Assembly (NCBI GenBank): GCA_963710065.1
Contig: CAVPYU010000009.1
Span: forward strand, 127,065-191,064
Direction of reading: 5' to 3'
Source of the DNA: an uncultured Thermoleophilia bacterium
GTDB lineage: Bacteria > Actinomycetota > Thermoleophilia > Solirubrobacterales > CAVPYU01
Length of the DNA stretch: 64,000 nt
A model generated the notes under the pieces. It did not search any database and was not told the DNA's origin. It saw nothing but the letters and a program-made list of their open reading frames with translations. Made by a program: the position numbers and the translations under genes. Below are positions 9,431 to 18,415 of the stretch, one piece after another (within the stretch, counting starts at the first letter, position 1; each line of letters starts with the position of its first letter).

Positions 9431-9766
9431 CCCCTTCTCCATGCCGGTTTATCCCGGCGCTCCAAGACCTGACCCTTTAACTCTCCGTTCCCACGCTACC
9501 TATGCAGTAAAGAGTCTGTAATCCCGCCGCACAAGTGCATTGGCTCAATCTGGCGTTCGGAACTGACATTCGTCGAACACTCCCTTATTATGTAGCCAAG
9601 CGGCGTTCGAGCGATTGGATCGCGGAGACGCACGAGCTACAGTGGGTGTCTACACTCAGGTCATGATGAGCTGTGATTGTCAGAGAGCGCTTCCTGAGCA
9701 GACACTCGTTAGTGCCTGCCACAGGGAGGAAAATTCCAAGAATAACCCGAAAATAGCCACTATACG

Positions 9767-10459
9767 ATGACCGCAGTAGGAAGAAGATATAAGAACTACC
9801 CACAGACCCCGGAGTCCCTGGGCATCTACCCTGCGCATCGTGTCGGAGCTCTTGCTGGCGTCTCAGGATACACGATTGGTCAATGGGCGCGATATAGGTT
9901 CATCCGGCCCACCTACTACAAGGGACGACCAGCGCATCTATACACATTCAACGACATTGCTGAAGCTATCGTGGTCCACTGGCTGCTAAATAAGGAATTT
10001 ACCTATGAGCAGATTCACATGGCCATAAATCATGCGCGTGAGGAGTACCCTGAGTGGCCGTTGCTCAAGGCGCCGCTCGGAGTTGCGCAGCATGCTGACG
10101 ACGAAGGCGATCCTCGCGGAATAATTGCTCAGGAAACCAAGAGGGGCGTCTACATCGATGTGAGTCGCCCCGGTGATCAGATCACATTGAAGCCGCAGTT
10201 CTTTCATGACGTTGCGATTATGCTGCGGACGGGCGGATGGATTGCCAGTGAACTCAACCTCAAGCGGATAGAGGTGAACCCGGAGAAGTTAGGCGGAGCG
10301 CCGACTTTGAGGGGACATCGATGGCTGATCGAGAGCGTCGCGCAGATCGCAGCGGACAAGGAGGGATGCACAATCCTCGTCGATGACTACGGACTCGACA
10401 AGCGCGACCTGGACGAATCAATGAGCTGGGTCAAAGCGGCTACCGCTCTCGTTCACTAA
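9767..10459 (+). CDS. MerR-like HTH + DUF433 domain protein (antitoxin-like)
   Basis: 230-aa ORF. The C-terminal VNPEKLGGAPTLRGHRWLIESVAQ fits the DUF433 signature. The N-terminal YPAHRVGALAGVSGYTIGQWAR is HTH-like. Confidence 0.7.
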   Translation: MTAVGRRYKNYPQTPESLGIYPAHRVGALAGVSGYTIGQWARYRFIRPTYYKGRPAHLYTFNDIAEAIVVHWLLNKEFTYEQIHMAINHAREEYPEWPLLKAPLGVAQHADDEGDPRGIIAQETKRGVYIDVSRPGDQITLKPQFFHDVAIMLRTGGWIASELNLKRIEVNPEKLGGAPTLRGHRWLIESVAQIAADKEGCTILVDDYGLDKRDLDESMSWVKAATALVH

Positions 10460-10472
10460 ACGGTCTGGCGAC

Positions 10473-10886
10473 ATGCCGCTACTAGTTCTTGACGAACAGC
10501 TTGAGCGGAGTCAACTAGTTGATGCCCTTCGGGATCGCGGTATGGACGTCGCCACAGTAGGCGACTTCGGCGTGTCTGGCCGACCTGACGCCGATGTCGT
10601 CCGCAGCATCGATTCTGAGCGCAGAGGCCGTTGGATCCTCGTAACAATGGACCTGACCATCGTGGAGGATTACCCAGGGTTCGACTGGAGCCGGTACACG
10701 ATCGCTTGGATCCGTCCACACGAAGGTCTAAGTGGCGCGCAGGTTGAACAAGCGAAGGCTGAGATTCTTCATCGCCATGCTCACGCGATTCGCAAGATGG
10801 CTAATGGCGACCACCATACTTTCACGGTAGATCGCCACTCCAAATCCCCGCCGAGCTTGAGCTACATGACTCGCAAGCGGATCTAA
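10473..10886 (+). CDS. DUF5615 / Mut7-C-like PIN-fold protein (putative toxin partner of DUF433)
   Basis: 137-aa ORF starting 13 nt after the DUF433 gene. MPLLVLDEQL...DVATVGDFGVSGRPDADVV...WILVTMD resembles DUF5615 proteins, which usually pair with DUF433. Confidence 0.6.
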   Translation: MPLLVLDEQLERSQLVDALRDRGMDVATVGDFGVSGRPDADVVRSIDSERRGRWILVTMDLTIVEDYPGFDWSRYTIAWIRPHEGLSGAQVEQAKAEILHRHAHAIRKMANGDHHTFTVDRHSKSPPSLSYMTRKRI

Positions 10887-10974
10887 GTAGGACGAGCACA
10901 CCCGCTTTGCGGTCTGTTGACCCATGCGTTGACCCAAGCCCGTTTTTGGACACCCTGAAAATATTTCTACACAC

Positions 10975-11000
10975 GAAAAAACCCGCCATATCCGGCGGGT
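10975..11000 (-). terminator. rho-independent terminator downstream of the tRNA-Met remnant
   Basis: On the minus strand: ACCCGCC-GGATAT-GGCGGGT followed by TTTTTTCG. It lies 8 nt beyond the displaced tRNA 3' fragment. Confidence 0.6.
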
Positions 11001-11008
11001 CTTTCGCT

Positions 11009-11053
11009 ATAGCGGGGGCAGGATTCTCCCTTAAGACCTTTGGGTTATGAGCC
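11009..11053 (-). repeat. degenerate copy of the 3' 45 nt of tRNA-fMet (displaced att-type repeat / island boundary)
   Basis: It aligns in the same orientation with 28522-28566. The first 18 of 18 nt are identical (ATAGCGGGGGCAGGATTC), the T-arm segment is decayed, then 14 of 15 nt match through the anticodon loop (TT(T/C)GGGTTATGAGCC). Overall about 38 of 45 match. Confidence 0.7.
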
Positions 11054-11216
11054 ACATTTTGGTTTGTTGGTTTGCGTTGGGGAGTCCGGGATTGTCGATT
11101 TTGATGCGGGTTAACGGAGTTGCATGTGTCGTGGTTTGCGGCTTGGGAGGGGTGGTTGCGGTGGGATTCGTTTGGCGTGTGTTTGGCCCAAAGCCCGCTA
11201 CGAGAGGCGTTTAGAT

Positions 11217-11725
11217 CTACCCAAATACAGCAGCAAGATGCGAGAAGTCGCCGCTATCGACAGTTGTAACAGCCTTGATCTCGATCCCAACTATGCGTCC
11301 ATCGTCCGTCTCGGCGATGATATCGATCTCGCTACCTGTGTGCGCTCGGTAGTGATAGAGACTTATGCCGAGATTGTCAGCGAATCGGGCCGCTTGGCGG
11401 ATCAGCTCATTGACCGCGAATGTCTCCAGGAGTGCACCGGTGCTGACAGAGGTCGGCTCGGCAAGCTTACTCGGGGTCGTCCCCACCAGATAGGCAGCCA
11501 GTCCTGTATTGACCAAGTAGCTTTTTGGATGCGTGGCAGTTCCTCGACATGCCGAATATGACTGAACTCGGGCACGTCGCGTTGCGTGACCGCTCGCAGT
11601 AGATGGTCTCCCGCATGCTGAAATTCGTCGACGACTACAGGGCCAGGACGATCGAGGAACGTCCGAGGGTCGGCAAGGCAGGCGGCCAACTCGGTTTCAT
11701 CGTCGAGCGTCACGAAGGAGCCCAT
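11217..11725 (-). pseudogene. AAA_14/DUF4143-family ATPase, internally deleted and frameshifted
   Basis: ORF 11402..11725 gives VTLDDETELAACLADPRTFLDRPGPVVVDEFQHAGD (ATPase N-terminal region). ORF 11217..11516, in another frame, gives LLETFAVNELIRQA...LYHYRAHTGSEIDIIAETDDGRIVGIEIK (DUF4143 C-terminal region). The two frames overlap over 11402-11516 and the locus spans only 509 nt (~170 codons), versus ~400 aa for intact homologues. Confidence 0.6.
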
Positions 11726-11932
11726 GCCATCAACGAAGCATATTTCATGTTGGAATCATTGCGTTTTTCATGCCCACGATCTCGATTTTCTCCCTCGGTT
11801 CTCCTTTATTGAGGGGGAACTGACCCCGGCGGCTATGGCAAGATATCTAACTACTACTTGATAAGAATACTGACATCGACTATTGTAGGGGTGTCGTAGA
11901 ATTGACTTGGTTCTGCGATAAAGGAGGCCGAC

Positions 11933-12701
11933 GTGCTGTCAGAATTCATACAACAATTGCGCAAAGAACGGGGCATGACCCAGGAGCACGTGGCGTCCCG
12001 GCTGGGCTTCTCTCGCCCTACTTACGTTCAGGTTGAGGCAGGGTCGCGCGATCTTACGATCCCCGAAGCATCAAAGTTGGCTGAGGTCTTAGGTATCTCC
12101 ATGGATAGCTTCCTGCGCGAGGAGCGTGAGCTTGACCCCGAGGTGATATTGGAGCCGGCCAGGCCAGAGCCCAGACACGATATCAGTATTCGTATCCCAG
12201 AGTATCGTGTGAACAAGTTAAAGCAGGTTCTGCTGTACGTGTTACAGAAGGTAGGCGCCAAGCCAAACGTAGGTGAGACAGTTATTTACAAGCTCCTTTA
12301 CTCCAGACATTTTGACTACTACGAAAAATACGAGGAGAGCTTGATGGGTGCAACATATCAAGAACCACCACGGCCCTACACCGGCCGGGTTTACTGAAGT
12401 TGTGGAGAAAATGAAAGCCGAGAATGAGTTGATTGAAGTAAAGGATCAGTACTTCCATTATCCACAGAAAAAGTATTTGCCCCGTGTGAATCCCGACCTT
12501 TCTGCGCTGACGGGCCGTGAACTGGAGCATATAGACGAAGTCCTGGCTCGCTTGGCCGATAAAAATGCAACCGAGATAAGTAAGTACTCCCACGGCGATA
12601 TCCCCTGGATCTCACAGAAGGCCGGCGAGAAGCTGAGTTACGAGAGTGTTTTGTATCGCGACGAAAAGTACTCCGTGCGTTCAGATGACGATCAGCTTTA
12701 G
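11933..12701 (+). pseudogene. XRE-HTH + Panacea (DUF4065, SocA/PanA-like) antitoxin, split by a frameshift near 12350-12360
   Basis: ORF 11933..12397 has an XRE HTH (LRKERGMTQEHVASRLGFSRPTYVQVEAG) and the start of a DUF4065-like domain (KLKQVLLYVLQKVG...IYKLLY). The domain continues in the +2 frame (ORF 12348..12701, IKNHHGPTPAGFTEVVEKM...). Confidence 0.6.
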
Positions 12702-13038
12702 TGAAACTCCTGAGTTCAAAAAAGATTTCAAGCGGCTGGCAAAGAAATATCGGTCTCTTGACGACGATCTTTCTGTGTTCAAACGAGTAGTAGCCCAGAT
12801 ACCGGAGGGCAATAGCAGGTACTTTGCACAACTGAGAAGAAAGAATACCTCTGTAATTATCAAGACTCGTTTGTTTTGCCGGTACCTCAAGGGGAAGTCT
12901 CTGTGAATAGTGTATGCCTGGCGACGGGACCAGAAAACGATTGTGTTTATCGAGCTCTACTTCAAGGGTGACAGAGAAAACGAGGACGCGGAGCGGATAG
13001 ATCGTTACTGTGCTGCGCTTGGCAAAGATGGAGGCTGA
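12685..13038 (+). pseudogene. RelE/HigB-type toxin with an in-frame TGA at 12904-12906
   Basis: MTISFSETPEFKKDFKRLAKKYRSLDDDL...CRYLKGKSL*IVYAWRRDQKTIVFIELYFKGDRENED. The stop sits where the family has KGKSGG(Y/F)R(I/V)IY. The ORF overlaps the end of the Panacea gene. Confidence 0.6.
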
Positions 13039-13058
13039 GTCATGTGATCTGACCTTGA

Positions 13059-13377
13059 CTCGCCGGCGCCGTCCTCGTCTTCCCACGCCTTGAGCAAACG
13101 CATCGTGTCCTCGGAGGTGCAGAGCTTGGCATAGGTGGCGGCCCGCCCGCCCATCGACTCAAGGAAGCGTCCCAGTCTCGCCGCCACAGCACGTTTGCGC
13201 TCGACCGGACCGACGTGAGCCACTTGCAAGGGAGCTGGTACCAGAGGAAGATCTGCAGCCGGTAGCGGCTGATCGCGACCGGCGCCTCAGGGTCCTCGCG
13301 GGGTGCGATCCACTCAAGCGCCCCCTCGACGTCGCGTGCCGCATCGAGATCATGCTCGCCCAGCTTGGCGAGAGCGT
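13059..13377 (-). pseudogene. duplicated fragment of the N-terminal region of the 469-aa gene at 16970-18379
   Basis: It is near-identical at the nucleotide level to 17996-18308, with a 5-nt insertion (CGGAC) that breaks the frame. The translated fragments are LAKLGEHDLDAARDVEGALEWIAPREDPEAPVAISRYRLQIFLWYQLPCKWLTSV. Confidence 0.8.
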
Positions 13378-13472
13378 TGCGGCCTCGCGGGGTTCCAAAT
13401 GTCGCGGAATCCACCCTCGTATCCGCGATCACGTCGTGGTTCGATTGACATGTGTTTGACAAGCACACAAGG

Positions 13473-13811
13473 TCAGGCGGTAACCCGCTTGCTCTGCCGC
13501 TTTGGCCCGCGCGGTGTGAACGAAATTGTCTCGTCGTTGAACTCGACATCCGCTCGCAGCCGTCCGCCCAACGCGGCTACGTAGCGTTGCAACGTCGAGA
13601 TGTTGAGGTCCTGAGCCCGCTTGATCGCCGACACCCGCTTCTGTGTTACTCCAAGGCGCTTCGCAAGCTCTGTCTGCGACAAACCCCGAGCCTTACGCAG
13701 CTCATACAGCCGGATGGCCCCGAGCAAAAGCGCCTTCTCGCGCTCGATATTTGCACGACGCTTCGGATCTGCAAGAGCCTCACGCTCAAGATCGCGGAAA
13801 TTCTTAGCCAT
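13473..13811 (-). CDS. XRE-family HTH protein (orphan HigA-type antitoxin-like)
   Basis: 112-aa ORF with LRKARGLSQTELAKRLGVTQKRVSAIKRAQDLNISTLQRYVAALG. Its start codon is 5 nt from the inverted-repeat tip at 13816, so any upstream partner gene has been replaced. Confidence 0.7.
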   Translation of the reverse strand: MAKNFRDLEREALADPKRRANIEREKALLLGAIRLYELRKARGLSQTELAKRLGVTQKRVSAIKRAQDLNISTLQRYVAALGGRLRADVEFNDETISFTPRGPKRQSKRVTA

Positions 13812-13815
13812 CTCA

Positions 13816-14045
13816 GGGGTCAGGTCCCAAACGGTGCGCTACATAGGTAGGTCCTATCAGATATTCCTGTGCGGGGCGCTCACTTTGAGTCTGCGACTAA
13901 CCGTCGAGTGGTGGCAACCGAGCGCTGAGGCCACCTGACGCATCGAATATCCGTACTCAATGTGTGCAACCTCGATCGCATCGTCACGAGTCCGTGCTTT
14001 GATCAGTTCATTCAAAGGCGGCCGACTACCTCGCAGCTGCCTCCC
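13816..14045 (+). mobile_element. Tn3-like terminal inverted repeat plus decayed resolvase/transposase-type C-terminal HTH (longest version of the miniature-element interior)
   Basis: It starts GGGGTCAGGTCCCAAACGGTGCGCTACATAGGTAGGTCC. The minus-strand frame reads outward to the IR: GSRPPLNELIKARTRDDAIEVAHIEYGYSMRQVASALGCHHSTVSRRLK. No right end is present. Confidence 0.6.
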
Positions 14046-14097
14046 TGAAACTCCAGCGGGCGCGTCGATTGATAACCTGCTAAAAGGTGGCTCAGAC

Positions 14098-14391
14098 ATG
14101 GATAGGCTCGATGGCGACTCAGGCCGTGACCGCATATACGGAAACGGCGGCAGAGACAGTATCAACGGCTATGCAGGCATTGACACGATCGAGGCCGGAG
14201 AAGGAAACGATGCTGTCTACCCCGGTGAAGGCAATGACCTGGTGTACGGAGACGGTGGTGATGATTTAATCTATGCTGCCGGCGATAGTGGAAATGACAA
14301 GATCTACTGCGGCGACGGTACAGACACTGTAGTCGTAGACGCAAGCGACCAGTACTTCGACTGCGAGAATGTATCGTTTTTTCCCAGTTGA
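14098..14391 (+). pseudogene. C-terminal fragment of an RTX-type calcium-binding repeat protein
   Basis: DGDSGRDRIYGNGGRDSINGYAGIDTIEAGEGNDAVYPGEGNDLVYGDGGDDLIY...YCGDGTDTVVVD...CENV are GGxGxD-type nonapeptide repeats. There is no signal peptide or N-terminal domain. It abuts the mobile-element fragment. Confidence 0.55.
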
Positions 14392-14584
14392 TTCGTTCGT
14401 GAGAGCAAACTGACCAGTAGTTACTTATTTAAGGCGCATAAAAACTTGGCTCCTTGCTCCTTATTGAAGTAGCGTGGCTCTAGCAGCGTGGCTCACTGGT
14501 GCATACTCACCAATAAAGATTTGGCTAGGTGGTGCTCGTTGTGGGTAAGCTACTGTGAAAGAATAGAGCGAAAGGATCCGAACA

Positions 14585-15298
14585 GTGCCCACAATCGAAG
14601 CAACCGATACCGTCGGGGATATCGTCACCCGAGAGCCGTCGCTTTCGCGCCTGTTCGAAGAGAGCGGAATTGACTACTGCTGCGGCGGTGGCAAGACGCT
14701 CCGCGAGGCCAGCGAGGAGAAAGGAGTGGAGACTGACGCCCTTATCGAGCGGCTCAGAGAAGCGATCTCGTCCTCCCCGGCCGAAGAGGGGCCCAACCCC
14801 TCCGATCTAAGCCTGTCCGAACTTGCCGATCACATCGTCCGGACCCATCATGCCTACCTTCGGTCGGAGTTTCCGCGCCTCGATCGGATGACCCGCAAGG
14901 TTGAGGAGGCACACGGCGATCGCGAGCCGCGGCTTGCCGAAGTTAGAGACACCTTCGCAGAGCTGGCTGAGGAGTTGACGACACACATGATGAAGGAGGA
15001 GCAGATCCTTTTCCCGTTAATCAGGAGTCTTGAGGCGAACGAGAGGCCGTCAGATATCGGTCCTCCAACGATTGCCGGCCCGATCGCCCAGATGGAGTTG
15101 GAGCACGATCAAGCAGGAGAAGCGCTTGAACGGTTGAATGATCTTTGCGACGGCTATACCCCTCCCGGGTGGGCATGCAACACCTACCGTGCGATGTTGG
15201 ACGCACTGCAAGAGCTTGAGAAGGATCTTCACCTACATATACACAAAGAAAACAACATCCTATTCCCCCGAGCGCTTAAGCTCGAAGAAGGCTCTTGA
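14585..15298 (+). CDS. iron-sulfur cluster repair di-iron protein (RIC/ScdA/YtfE family)
   Basis: 237-aa ORF with a GTG start. N-terminal ScdA_N motif GIDYCCGGGKTL and hemerythrin-like repeats (HHAYLRSEFPRL..., HMMKEEQILFP, HIHKENNILFP). Confidence 0.85.
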   Translation: MPTIEATDTVGDIVTREPSLSRLFEESGIDYCCGGGKTLREASEEKGVETDALIERLREAISSSPAEEGPNPSDLSLSELADHIVRTHHAYLRSEFPRLDRMTRKVEEAHGDREPRLAEVRDTFAELAEELTTHMMKEEQILFPLIRSLEANERPSDIGPPTIAGPIAQMELEHDQAGEALERLNDLCDGYTPPGWACNTYRAMLDALQELEKDLHLHIHKENNILFPRALKLEEGS

Positions 15299-15527
15299 GG
15301 TTCAGCCTGATGGAGGTTGGTCAAGCTGCCCGCGTGTACTCCGAAAACCTTACTTCAAGCCGCAGCGGATCTGGGCGCTCGCTTACCTGCCTTGGCTGGT
15401 TGATGGGGCTGCCGTCGAATCCCTGTAGGCCGGTTTTCAGCATCTGCCCATCGGACTGTTTGAGCAGCCGCCGGGAGATGTGAACGACTCCGCCAGGATC
15501 GATGCCGAGCAGGTTGGAATCGTCACC

Positions 15528-15795
15528 GGGGTCAGGTCCCAAACGGTGCGCTACATAGGTAGGTCCTATCAGATATTCCTGTGCGAGGCGATCTCTTTGA
15601 GTCTACGACTAACCGTCGAGTGGTGACAACCTAGCGCTGGGGCCAGTTGACACACCGAGTATCCGTACTCAATGTGTGCAACCTCTATAAGTCCTTACCT
15701 CGAGCGATTTCACCCCTGTTTAAAAGCAAAACCCAAGCAGCCCGGGTTTGAGCCCAGCCGAACAACTAACAACGCACCATTTTAAGCCTGACCCC
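15528..15795 (+). mobile_element. complete ~268-bp miniature inverted-repeat element (Tn3-derived TIME-like), copy 2
   Basis: The left end is GGGGTCAGGTCCCAAACGGTGCGCTAC. The right end is ...GCACCATTTTAAGCCTGACCCC (an imperfect inverse). The interior is homologous to 13854-13975 and to the copies at 19.1, 24.1 and 25.3 kb. Confidence 0.75.
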
Positions 15796-16106
15796 GACGA
15801 TGATGGAGCGAAGTGAGGCTCTCACTCAGCGTATCAAGTTCCTCCGCGGTCCGCTTTCGTGCTCTTAGTGGTCCTGTTCATAAGTACGGTGACGTATTGC
15901 CGAGCGAAAATCGAGCAGGTCTAGGACGCAAGGAGCCGGAATAGTAGTGACTATTTCGGCGACTGAGGACGACGAGATGCGAAGATTTGCAGCCGGCAAT
16001 ATGTTGCAGTATTTGTGAATAGGACCACTTAGCAAGTTCGGAAAGTCTCGGCCACTCTTGGCACCGAGTCGCTCAAGCGGGCTCTTGCCGCTGGACGCCA
16101 CGGAAG

Positions 16107-16805
16107 TTACGCCACCGCCCGCAGCGGCGCCTCCAGGATCCACGGGACGTCTACGCAGCGCTCCAGGAGAGGGCGGAATAACTCCTCGTGATCCTCTGTC
16201 AGTGGGATGTGGCGAAGATCCGGCGAAAGGGAACTCACATGAACATTCCGGAGGCGATCGCTGAAACCGTCAAGCAAATCGGTCGCAACCGACATGTCCG
16301 GCTTGATCGACCAGGCATGTGCGATGTCGAAGCAGAATCCCGCCTTGGGAAGTTCCGCAAATACGGCAGCCAGTTCTTCGCGAGTTCGACCTGAATCTTT
16401 GCGAGCGTCCAAGTTCTCAAGCAGAAGCTTCCGCCCCAGGATCCGGTATCGATCTGGCCTTTCGATCGTGCCCGGGTGCATAACGATTCCACCCGCCCAC
16501 TGCGCCAGCTCGCATAGGACTGTCACAAGCTCTTCCTCGTCCATTTGGCGATCCTTGGATGGGCCGTGGATGCTCAGGTAACGGAACGGCAATCTAGGAG
16601 CCTTGCAAATGTAATCGCGGAGCGGAGAGAGTTCCGTCTCCGACAGAGCAGACAGCTCCACCGCAAACGGGGAAACCTTCCATGCTTTTGCAATCAGGGC
16701 CTTCCAGTCACCTCGCAGCTCCTCCATATACCCGGTCGAGGCGCCGATTGGGTGATGGTGCAAGAGTATTGACTTACCTCGCTCTGGTCTTGTCGCAACC
16801 ACCAT
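16107..16805 (-). CDS. xylose isomerase-like TIM-barrel protein (sugar phosphate isomerase/epimerase family)
   Basis: 232-aa ORF. FAVELSALSE..., LSIHGP..., LLLENLD... and FCFDIAHAW follow the AP_endonuc_2 / TIM-barrel metal-ligand pattern (H, E, D/H, E). Confidence 0.65.
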   Translation of the reverse strand: MVVATRPERGKSILLHHHPIGASTGYMEELRGDWKALIAKAWKVSPFAVELSALSETELSPLRDYICKAPRLPFRYLSIHGPSKDRQMDEEELVTVLCELAQWAGGIVMHPGTIERPDRYRILGRKLLLENLDARKDSGRTREELAAVFAELPKAGFCFDIAHAWSIKPDMSVATDLLDGFSDRLRNVHVSSLSPDLRHIPLTEDHEELFRPLLERCVDVPWILEAPLRAVA

Positions 16806-16900
16806 ATTAATTGACTTTAGCAGCGGCTACTGACGTGCGAAGTACGCTGTGAAGTGCCCTCAATGGCGTGTATCAGTAAGGGGGCGCGCCACAGATTCTC

Positions 16901-16914
16901 TTGGGACCTGACCC
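16901..16914 (-). repeat. solo inverted-repeat tip of the miniature-element family (reverse orientation)
   Basis: The reverse complement GGGTCAGGTCCCAA equals positions 2-15 of the element IR. A short imperfect tandem duplication follows (GACCCTGGTGG / CGACCCCGGTGG). Confidence 0.4.
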
Positions 16915-16969
16915 TGGTGGCGACCCCGGTGGTGGCTCCCGGGGCACAAGGGGTGTTCCGACGCCCGCC

Positions 16970-18379
16970 TCACATCGGCTTCGCCGGTGCCAGGGCTCGC
17001 GATCGGAGCGCCAGCCGCAACGCCTCGCGGCCCGCTCGCATCAGCGTCAGGTCGCGGCGGGTGAATCCGGTCTCGTGATCGTACTCATGATCGTAACGAA
17101 CTAGTCCGAGGGCGTCAGTTACCCTGATGAGCCCGGCGGCGGCGCCAGCGACGTCTTCCACCCAGGGCGGCTCTCCGTCAGTGTTCCAGCCATCGGCTAC
17201 GATCGCCGCGTGGACGGCCGCTTCCATCTCGTGCCGGTCGATGGTCTCGTGGCTGAGCAGTACCGCGGCGGCCAGTTCCTGAACCGTACCCTCGAAGCCG
17301 TCACCTGCAAGCAGATGGGGGGCGCCGGCGTGGAGCAGCGCCTCGGGATCGTGACGCAGTGTTTCGCCACGCCTGGTTAGGACAAGCTTGCGCCCGCTGC
17401 GCCGCAAGAGGCGCATCCGCCGAACCAGCTCGTGGACCTCGCAGAGCGCGATTACTTCGCCCTCGCGGTACGGCGGCCCGAAGAGGTCGGCGTTGCTCCA
17501 CCACTCCGGGAACCGCTCGACGGCTGCGCGGACAAGGGCACGGCTGAGCGCACCCGTTTGCGTCAGGGCGAGGCCCTCCGCGGCCACATCGAGCAGCCAG
17601 GTGAGCGGCTCCAGCGCCTCCCTATCCATCGCGGCCGCCCCTCCGGGCGACTCGGGCCCCCGCAACAGGGGCTCGACCTCCGCCACGATCGCCCGCCGCT
17701 CTTCGCTGCCTCGGCGGGCCCAGCTCTCCAGCCGCTCCTCGGCAATTATTTCGAGTGGGGTACGCGCGCCGAGCTCGGCGCTCGGCCGGCACAGGAGCGC
17801 GGAGACGAACTCTGCTTGGCGCCGCTTGAAGCCGCGCTCTTCGGGAACCAGACGCCCCGCCTCCACGGCCCGCTCGAGCTCCAGCGCAACCACGTTGCGC
17901 AGCCTTGCCTCCTCCAACCCCATCACCGAGCCCCACTTGATCGCATCGGTGTCCGGTGGCTCGATCCCCGAGGCTTCGAGGCTATCCCGCAGCAGCTCGC
18001 CGGCGCCGTCCTCGTCTTCCCACGCTTTGAGCAACCGCATCGTGTCCTCGGAGGTGCAGAGCTTGGCATAGGCGGCGGCCCGCCCGCCCATCGACTCAAG
18101 GAAGCGTCCCAGTCTCGCCGCCACAGCACGTTTGCGTTCGACCGACGTGAGCCACTTGCAAGGGAGCTGGTACCAGAGGAAGATCTGCAGCCGGTAGCGG
18201 CTGATCGCGACCGGCGCCTCAGGGTCCTCTCGGGGTGCGATCCACTCAAGCGCCCCCTCGACGTCGCGTGCCGCATCGAGATCATGCTCGCCCAGCTTGG
18301 CGAGAGCGTACCTGACGGTCTCCGGCGATAGTTCTATCGGCATGCGCACAGTCTGCCCGATCCGGTCACTCGTTGGCAA
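16970..18379 (-). CDS. hypothetical protein (469 aa), no recognisable domain
   Basis: Long ORF with coding-like composition. Its N-terminal ~105 codons are duplicated as a pseudogene at 13059-13377. The start may be the internal Met at codon 13. Confidence 0.65.
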   Translation of the reverse strand: MPTSDRIGQTVRMPIELSPETVRYALAKLGEHDLDAARDVEGALEWIAPREDPEAPVAISRYRLQIFLWYQLPCKWLTSVERKRAVAARLGRFLESMGGRAAAYAKLCTSEDTMRLLKAWEDEDGAGELLRDSLEASGIEPPDTDAIKWGSVMGLEEARLRNVVALELERAVEAGRLVPEERGFKRRQAEFVSALLCRPSAELGARTPLEIIAEERLESWARRGSEERRAIVAEVEPLLRGPESPGGAAAMDREALEPLTWLLDVAAEGLALTQTGALSRALVRAAVERFPEWWSNADLFGPPYREGEVIALCEVHELVRRMRLLRRSGRKLVLTRRGETLRHDPEALLHAGAPHLLAGDGFEGTVQELAAAVLLSHETIDRHEMEAAVHAAIVADGWNTDGEPPWVEDVAGAAAGLIRVTDALGLVRYDHEYDHETGFTRRDLTLMRAGREALRLALRSRALAPAKPM

Positions 18380-18415
18380 GCTACATCGCCTTCTAGCAGT
18401 GACGAGCTAAGAAAA

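Noticed and set aside
9463-9474. AGACCTGACCC at the outer edge of the intron remnant, resembling the miniature-element IR tip
   Set aside because: Only ~10-11 nt match and similarity does not extend into the rest of the IR, so it could be chance. I noted it but did not count it as a copy.
8610-9480. Plus-strand ORFs of 99, 86 and 133 aa
   Set aside because: They overlap the group II intron-like RNA region, have Arg/Cys/Ser-rich low-plausibility sequence, and have no RBS or motifs.
12904-12906. Possibility that the in-frame TGA in the RelE-like gene is recoded (selenocysteine or readthrough), or that the Panacea frameshift is programmed
   Set aside because: No SECIS-like hairpin or slippery heptamer is evident. 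The stop replaces the conserved GG(Y/F)R segment, so a lesion is the simpler reading. Sequencing error cannot be excluded.
12391-13086. 231-aa minus-strand ORF
   Set aside because: It is antisense to the Panacea and RelE-like genes, which have recognisable family motifs. It has implausible Arg/Ser-rich composition.
15321-15542. 73-aa minus-strand ORF running out of the miniature-element IR
   Set aside because: It starts inside the IR, has no recognisable motif, and is probably a chance ORF or an unidentifiable gene fragment.
17388-18331. Plus-strand ORFs of 227 and 299 aa, and several minus-strand alternative frames, within the 469-aa gene
   Set aside because: They are high-GC shadow frames with extreme Arg/Ser/Pro/Ala content. 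The 469-aa frame has balanced composition, and its fragment is conserved in the duplicate.
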